From: the human T2T-CHM13v2.0 reference genome, Homo sapiens
DNA: 64,000 nt
Reading direction: 5' to 3' (one strand)
Assembly (NCBI RefSeq): GCF_009914755.1
Contig: NC_060925.1
Position numbers and translations under genes: made by a program. The notes under the pieces are model-generated. The model was not told the DNA's origin and ran no database searches. It was given only the letters and a program-made list of their open reading frames with translations. Of this stretch, positions 57,680 to 64,000 are shown piece by piece (the first letter of the stretch is position 1; every line of letters begins with the position of its first letter).

Positions 57680-60600
57680 TCTAATGGAATCACATGGAAT
57701 CATCATCAAATGGAATCGAATGGAATCATCATCAAATGGAATCTAATGGAATCATTGAACGGAATTCAATGGAATCGTCATCGAATGAATTGAATGCAAT
57801 CAACGAATGGTCTCGAAGGAACCACCTCCAAATGGAAAGGAATGGAATCATCGCATAGAATCGAATGGAATTATCATTGAATGGACTCGAATGGAATCAA
57901 CATCAAACAGAATCAAACGGAATTATCGAATGGAATCGAAGAGAATCATCGAATGGACTCGAATGGAATCATCTAATGCAATGGAATGGAAGAATCCATG
58001 GTCTCGAATGCAATCATCATCGAATGGAATCGAATGGAATCATAGAATGGACTCGAATGGAATAATCATTGAACGGAATCGAATGGAATCACCATCGGAT
58101 GGAAACGAATGGAATCATCAAATGGAATCAGATGGAATCATCATCAAATGGAATCGAATACAATTATGGAATGAAATCCATTGTGATCATCATTGAATGG
58201 ACTCGAATGGAATCATAATCCAATGGAAACTAATGGAATCAGCATCGAATGGAATCGAATGGAAACTCCATCGAATTGAAACGAATGGAATTATCATGAA
58301 ATTGAAATGGATGGAATCATCATCGAATGGATTCGAATGGAATCATCGAATGAAATTGATTGAAATCATCATCAAATGGAATCGAATGGAATCATTGAAT
58401 GGAATCGAATGGAATCATCATCAAATGGAAATGAATGGAATCATCATAGAATGGAATCGAATGGATTCATTGAATGGAATCAGATGGAATCATCGAATGG
58501 ACTTGAATGGAATCATTGAATGGACTCGAATGGAATCATTATGGAATGGAATTGAATGGAATCATCGAATGGTCTCGAATGGAATCATTATCAAATGGAA
58601 TCGAATGGAATCACCGAATAGAATCGAATGGAACAATCATCGAATGGACTCAAATGGAATTATCCTCAAAAGGAATCGAATGGAATTATCGAATGCAATC
58701 GAATGGAATAATCGAATGCAATCGAATAGAATCATCGAATGGACTTGAAAGGAATCATGGATTGAAATGGAATGGAATAGTCAATGAACTCGAATGGAAT
58801 CATCATTGAATGGAATCATCGAGTGGAATCGAATGGAATCACGATCAAATGGAATCGAAAGTAATCATCATCAAATGGAATCAAAAATAACCATCGTCAA
58901 TTGGTATTGAATGGAATTGTCATCAAAAGGAATTCAAAGGAATCATCATCAAATGGAACCGAATGGAATCCTCATTGAATGGAAATGAAAGGAGTCATCA
59001 TCTAATGGAATCGCATGGAATCATCATCAAATGGAATCGAATGGAATCATCATCAAATGGAATCGAATGGAATCATTGAACGGAATTGAATGGAATCGTC
59101 ATCGAATGAATTCAATGCAATCAACGAATGGTCTCGAATGGAACCAACTCCAAATGGAATGGATTGGAATCATCGCATAGAATCGAATGGAATTATCATC
59201 GAATGGACCCGAATGGAATCAACATCAAACGGAATCAAACGGAATTATCGAATGGAATCGAAGAGAATCATCGAACGGACTCGAATGGAATCATCTAATG
59301 GAATGGAATGGAAGAATCCATGGACTCGAATGCAATCATCATCGAATGGAATCGAATGGAATCATCGAATGGACTCGAATGGAATAATCATTGAACGGAA
59401 TCGAACGGAATCATCATCGGATGGAAACGAATGGAATCATCATCTAATGGAATCGAATGGGATCATCAAATGGAATCAGATGGAATCATCATCAAATGGA
59501 ATCGAATAGAATTATGGAATGAAATCCAATGTGATCATCATTGAATGGACTCGAATGGAATCATCATCCAATGGAAACTAATGGAATCAACATCGAATGG
59601 AATCGAATGGAAACACCATCGAATTGAAACGAATGGAATTATCATGAAATTGAAATGGATGGACTCATCATCGAATGGATTCGAATGGAATCATCGAATG
59701 AAATTGATTGAAATCATCATCAAATGGAATCGAAAGGAATCATTGAATGGAATCGAATGGAATCATCATCAGATGGAAATGAATGGAATCATCATAGAAT
59801 GGAATCGCATGGATTCATTGAATGGAATCAGATGGAATCATCGAATGGACTTGAATGGAATCGTTGAATGGACTCGAATGGAATCATTATTGAATGGAAT
59901 TGAATAGAATCATCGAATGGTCTCGAATGGAATCATTATCAAATGAAGTCGAATGGAATCACCGAATAGAATCGAATGGAACAATCATCGAATGGACTCA
60001 AATGGAATTATCCTCAAATGGAATCAAATGGATTTATCGAATGCAATCGAATGGAATTATCGAATGCAATCGAATAGAATCATCGAATGGACTCGAATGG
60101 AATCATCGAATGGAATGCAATGGATAAATCCATGGACTCGAATTCAATCACCATCGAATACAATCGAATGGAGTCATCGAATCGACTCAAATGGAATAAT
60201 CATTGAATGGAAACGAATGGAATCATCGAGTGGAATCTAATCGAATCATGATCAAATGGAATCGAATGTAATCATCATCAAATGGAATCAAAAATAAACA
60301 TCATCAATTGGTATTGAATGGAATTGTAATCAAATGGAATTCAAAGGAATCATCATCAAATGGAACCGAATGGAATCCTCACTGAATGGAAATGAAAGGA
60401 GTCATCATCTAATGGAATCGCATGGAATCATCATCAAATGGAATCGAATGGAATCATCATCAAATGGAATCTAATGGAATCATTGAACGGAATTGAATGG
60501 AATCGTCATCGAATGAATTGAATGCAATCAACGAATGGTCTCGAATGGAACCATCTCCAAATGGAATGGAATGGAATCATCGCATAGAATCGAATGGAAT

Positions 60601-63000
60601 TATCATCGAATGGACTCGAATGGAATCAACATCAAACGGAATCAAACGGAATTATCGAATGGAATCGAAGAGAATCATCGAACGGACTCGAATGGAATCA
60701 TCTAATGGAATGGAATGGAAGAATTCATGGACTCGAATGCAATCATCATCGAATGGAATCGAATGGAATCATCGAATGGACTCGAATGGAATAATCATTG
60801 AACGGAATCGAATGAATCATCATCGGATGGAAACGAATGGAATCATCATCGAATGGAATCGAATGGGATCATCAAATGGAATCAGATGGAATCATCATCA
60901 AATGGAATCGAATAGAATTATGGAATGAAATCCAATGTGATCATCATTGAATGGACTCGAATGGAATCATCATCCAATGGAAACTAATGGAATCAACATC
61001 GAATGGAATCGAATGGAAACACCATCGAATTGAAACGAATGGAATTATCATGAAATTGAAATGGATGGACTCATCATTGAATGGATTCGAATGGAATCAT
61101 CGAATGAAATTGATTGAAATCATCATCAAATGGAATCGAAAGGAATCATTGAATGGAATCGAATGGAATCATAATCAGATGGAAATGAATGGAATCATCA
61201 TAGAATGGAATTGCATGGATTCATTGAATGGAATCAGAGGGAATCATCGAATGGGCTTGAATGGAATCGTTGAATGGACACGAATGGAATCATTATTGAA
61301 TGGAATTGAATAGAATCATCGAATGGTCTCGAATGGAATCATTATCAAATGAAGTCGAATGGAATCACCGAATAGAATAGAATGGAACAATCATCGAATG
61401 GACTCAAATGGAATTATCCTCAAATGGAATCAAATGGATTTATCGAAAGCAATCCAATGGAATTATCGAATGCAATTGAATAGAATCATCGAATGGACTC
61501 GAACGGAATCATCGAATGGAATGCAATGGATTAATCCATGGACTCGAATTCAATCACCATCGAATACAACCGAATGGAGTCATTGAATCGACTCAAATGG
61601 AATAATCATTGAATGGAATCGAATGGAATCATCGAGTGGAATCGAATGGAATCATGATCAAATGGAATCGAATGTAATCATCATCAAATGGAATCAAAAA
61701 TAAACATCATCAATTGGTATTGAATGGAATTGTCATCAAATGGAATTCAAAGGAATCATCATCAAATGGAACCGAATGGAATCCTCATTGAATGGAAATG
61801 AAAGGAGTCATCATCTAATGGAATCACATGGAATCATCATCAAATGGAATCGAATGGAATCATCATCAAATGGAATCTAATGGAATCATTGAACGGAATT
61901 GAATGGAATCGTCATCGAATGAATTGAATGCAATCAACGAATGGTCTCGAAGGAACCACCTCCAAATGGAAAGGAATGGAATCATCGCATAGAATCGAAT
62001 GGAATTATCATTGAATGGACTCGAATGGAATCAACATCAAACAGAATCAAACGGAATTATCGAATGGAATCGAAGAGAATCATCGAATGGACTCGAATGG
62101 AATCATCTAATGGAATGGAATGGAAGAATCCATGGTCTCGAATGCAATCATCATCGAATGGAATCGAATGGAATCATAGAATGGACTCGAATGGAATAAT
62201 CATTGAACGGAATCGAATGGAATCACCATCGGATGTAAAAGAATGGAATCATCAAATGGAATCAGATGGAATCATCATCAAATGGAATCGAATAGAATTA
62301 TGGAATGAAATCCATTGTGCTCATCATCGAATGGACTCGAATGGAATCATCATCCAATGGAAACTAATGGAATCAACATCGAATGGAATCGAATGGAAAC
62401 TCCATCGAATTGAAACGAATGGAATTATCATGAAATTGAAATGGATGGAATCATCATCGAATGGATTCGAATGGAATCATCGAATGAAATTGATTGAAAT
62501 CATCATCAAATGGAATCGAATGGAATCATTGAATGGAATCGAATGGAATCATCATCAGATGGAAATGAATGGAATCATCATAGAATGGAATCGAAAGGAT
62601 TCATTGAATGGAATCAGATGGAATCATCGAATGGACTTGAATGGAATCATTGAATGGACACGAATGGAATCATTATGGAATGGAATTGAATGGAATCATC
62701 GAATGGTCTCGAATAGAATCATTATCAAATGGAATCGAATGGAATCACCGAATAGAATCGAATGAAACAATCATCGAATGGACTCAAATGGAATTATCCT
62801 CAAATGGAATCGAATGGAATTATCGAATGCAATCGAATGGAATAATCGAATGCAATCGAATAGAATCATCGAATGGACTTGAAAGGAATCATCGATTGAA
62901 ATGGAATGGAATAGTCAATGAACTCGAATGGAATCATCACTGAATGGAATCATCGAGTGGAATCGAATGGAATCATGATCAAATGGGATCGAAAGTAATC
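57680..63000 (+). repeat. 4134-bp A-B-B trimer periodicity (57769 vs 61903; ends approximate)
   Basis: A 1-bp deletion TCTCGAAGGAACC is shared (ORFs 57807/61941), as are AATCACATGG, GGAAAGGAATGG, CAAACAGAATC, CATAGAATGGAC and AATCACCATCGG at +4134. Confidence 0.8.
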
Positions 63001-64000
63001 ATCATCAAATGGAATCAAAATAACCATCATCAATTGGTAAGGAATGGAATTGTCATCAAACGGAATTCAAAGGAATCATCATCAAATGGAACCGAATGGA
63101 ATCCTCATTGAATGGAAATGAAAGGAGTCATCCTCTAATGGAATCGCATGGAATCATCATCAAATGGAATCGAATGGAATCATCATCAAATGGAATCTAA
63201 TGGAATCATTGAACGGAATTGAATGGAATCGTCATCGAATGAATTGAATGCAATCAACGAATGGTCTCGAATGGAACCACCTCCAAATGGAATGGAATGG
63301 AATCATCGCATAGAATCGAATGGAATTATCATCGAATGGACCCGAATGGAATCAACATCAAACGGAATCAAACGGAATTATCGAATGGAATCGAAGAGAA
63401 TCATCGAACGGGCTCGAATGGAATCATCTAATGGAATGGAATGGAAGAATCCATGGACTCGAATGCAATCATCATCGAATGGAATCGAATGGAATCATCG
63501 AATGGACTCGAATGGAATAATCATTGAACGGAATCGAATGGAATCATCATCGGATGGAAACGAATGGAATCATCAAATGGAATCAGATGGAATCATCATC
63601 AAATGGAATCGAATAGAATTATGGAATGAAATCCAATGTGATCATCATTGAATGGACGCGAATGGAATCATCATCCAATGGAAACTAATGGAATCAACAT
63701 CGAATGGAATCGAATGGAAACACCATCGAATTGAAACGAATGGAATTATCATGAAATTGAAATAGATGGACTCATCATCGAATGGATTCGAATGGAATCA
63801 TCGAATGAAATTGATTGAAATCATCATCAAATTGAATCGAATGGAATCATTGAATGGAATCGAATGGAATCATCATCAGATGGAAATGAATGGAATCATC
63901 ATAGAAGGGAATCGCATGGATTCATTGAATGGAATCAGATGGAATCATCGAATGGACTTGAATGGAATCGTTGAATGGACTCGAATGGAATCATTATTGA

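Larger units (their letters stand above)
479..63222 (+). repeat. 46 complete ~1.3-1.4 kb monomers of two types: A (~1322 bp) and B (~1407 bp)
   Basis: Landmark starts are at 479, 1775, 3182, 4504, 5911, 7207, 8614, 9936, 11343, 12665, 14072, 15394, 16775, 18097, 19504, 20826, 22233, 23639, 25045, 26451, 27858, 29069, 30475, 31830, 33151, 34558, 35964, 37285, 38668, 40074, 41396, 42803, 44098, 45505, 46886, 48292, 49614, 51021, 52316, 53723, 55041, 56362, 57769, 59090, 60497, 61903 and 63223. Spacings cluster at 1318-1322 and 1406-1407, plus explainable variants (1211, 1295/1296, 1355, 1381, 1383). Confidence 0.93.
1..64000 (+). repeat. Satellite II (HSat2/HSATII) tandem array, pericentromeric heterochromatin type
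   Basis: The whole window is built from diverged AATGGAATCG / AATGGAATCATCG / AATGGAATCATCATCG units, the reverse complement of the CATTCGATTC-type HSat2 motif. TCGA sites are dense and long perfect (GGAAT)n runs, which would indicate HSat3, are absent. No unique sequence was seen. Confidence 0.97.

Noticed and set aside
10-63651. Many + strand ORFs of 60-284 aa (MESSNGIEWNHR-like), such as 53846-54700, 61941-62765 and 15394-16185
   Set aside because: They are direct translations of the satellite words, overlap in several frames, and are opened or closed by arbitrary SNVs and frameshifting indels. There is no recognisable domain. Database 'proteins' with this pattern would most likely be mis-annotated satellite.
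1-64000. CRISPR-like or repeat-spacer array
   Set aside because: There are no unique spacers, since the intervening sequence is itself repeat-derived, and there are no cas genes.
1-64000. HSat3, alpha satellite or telomeric repeat
   Set aside because: Perfect GGAAT runs are at most about three units and CATC/TCGA interruptions dominate. There is no 171-bp monomer, CENP-B box or TTAGGG. The 170-bp deletion size is coincidental.
1-64000. Assignment to a specific chromosome, HSat2 subfamily or species
   Set aside because: It cannot be established by eye. It needs alignment to T2T-CHM13 and ape assemblies or subfamily-specific k-mers.
1-64000. Embedded Alu/L1 or other foreign insertion
   Set aside because: All monomer lengths are accounted for by small indels, leaving no room for an insertion. 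No poly-A tail or non-satellite tract was seen.

Overview
The whole 64 kb window is one uninterrupted tandem array of human/hominid classical Satellite II (HSat2/HSATII), with the GGAAT strand on + throughout. I see no gene, RNA gene, transposon or CRISPR array. All ORFs in the track are artefacts of the AATGGAATCG/AATGGAATCATC grammar. A landmark (ATGGAATCGTCATCGAATGAA) recurs 47 times and defines a ~1.3-1.4 kb monomer in two types: short A (~1322 bp) and long B (~1407 bp). The higher-order structure changes along the window. From 1 to ~11.7 kb there is a near-identical 5432-bp tetramer, and from ~11.7 to 20.8 kb a 2729-bp AB dimer. From ~20.8 to 31.8 kb there is a B-rich mosaic with 4218-bp and 6836-bp displaced duplications and a 170-bp deletion. 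A recent 8218-bp tandem duplication spans 37715-54221, with its crossover confined to 71 bp. Older ~4.1 kb and ~15 kb periodicities persist on the right. What is interesting is the readable recombination history of the array, not a new coding system. All comparisons were done by eye, so difference counts are minimums.
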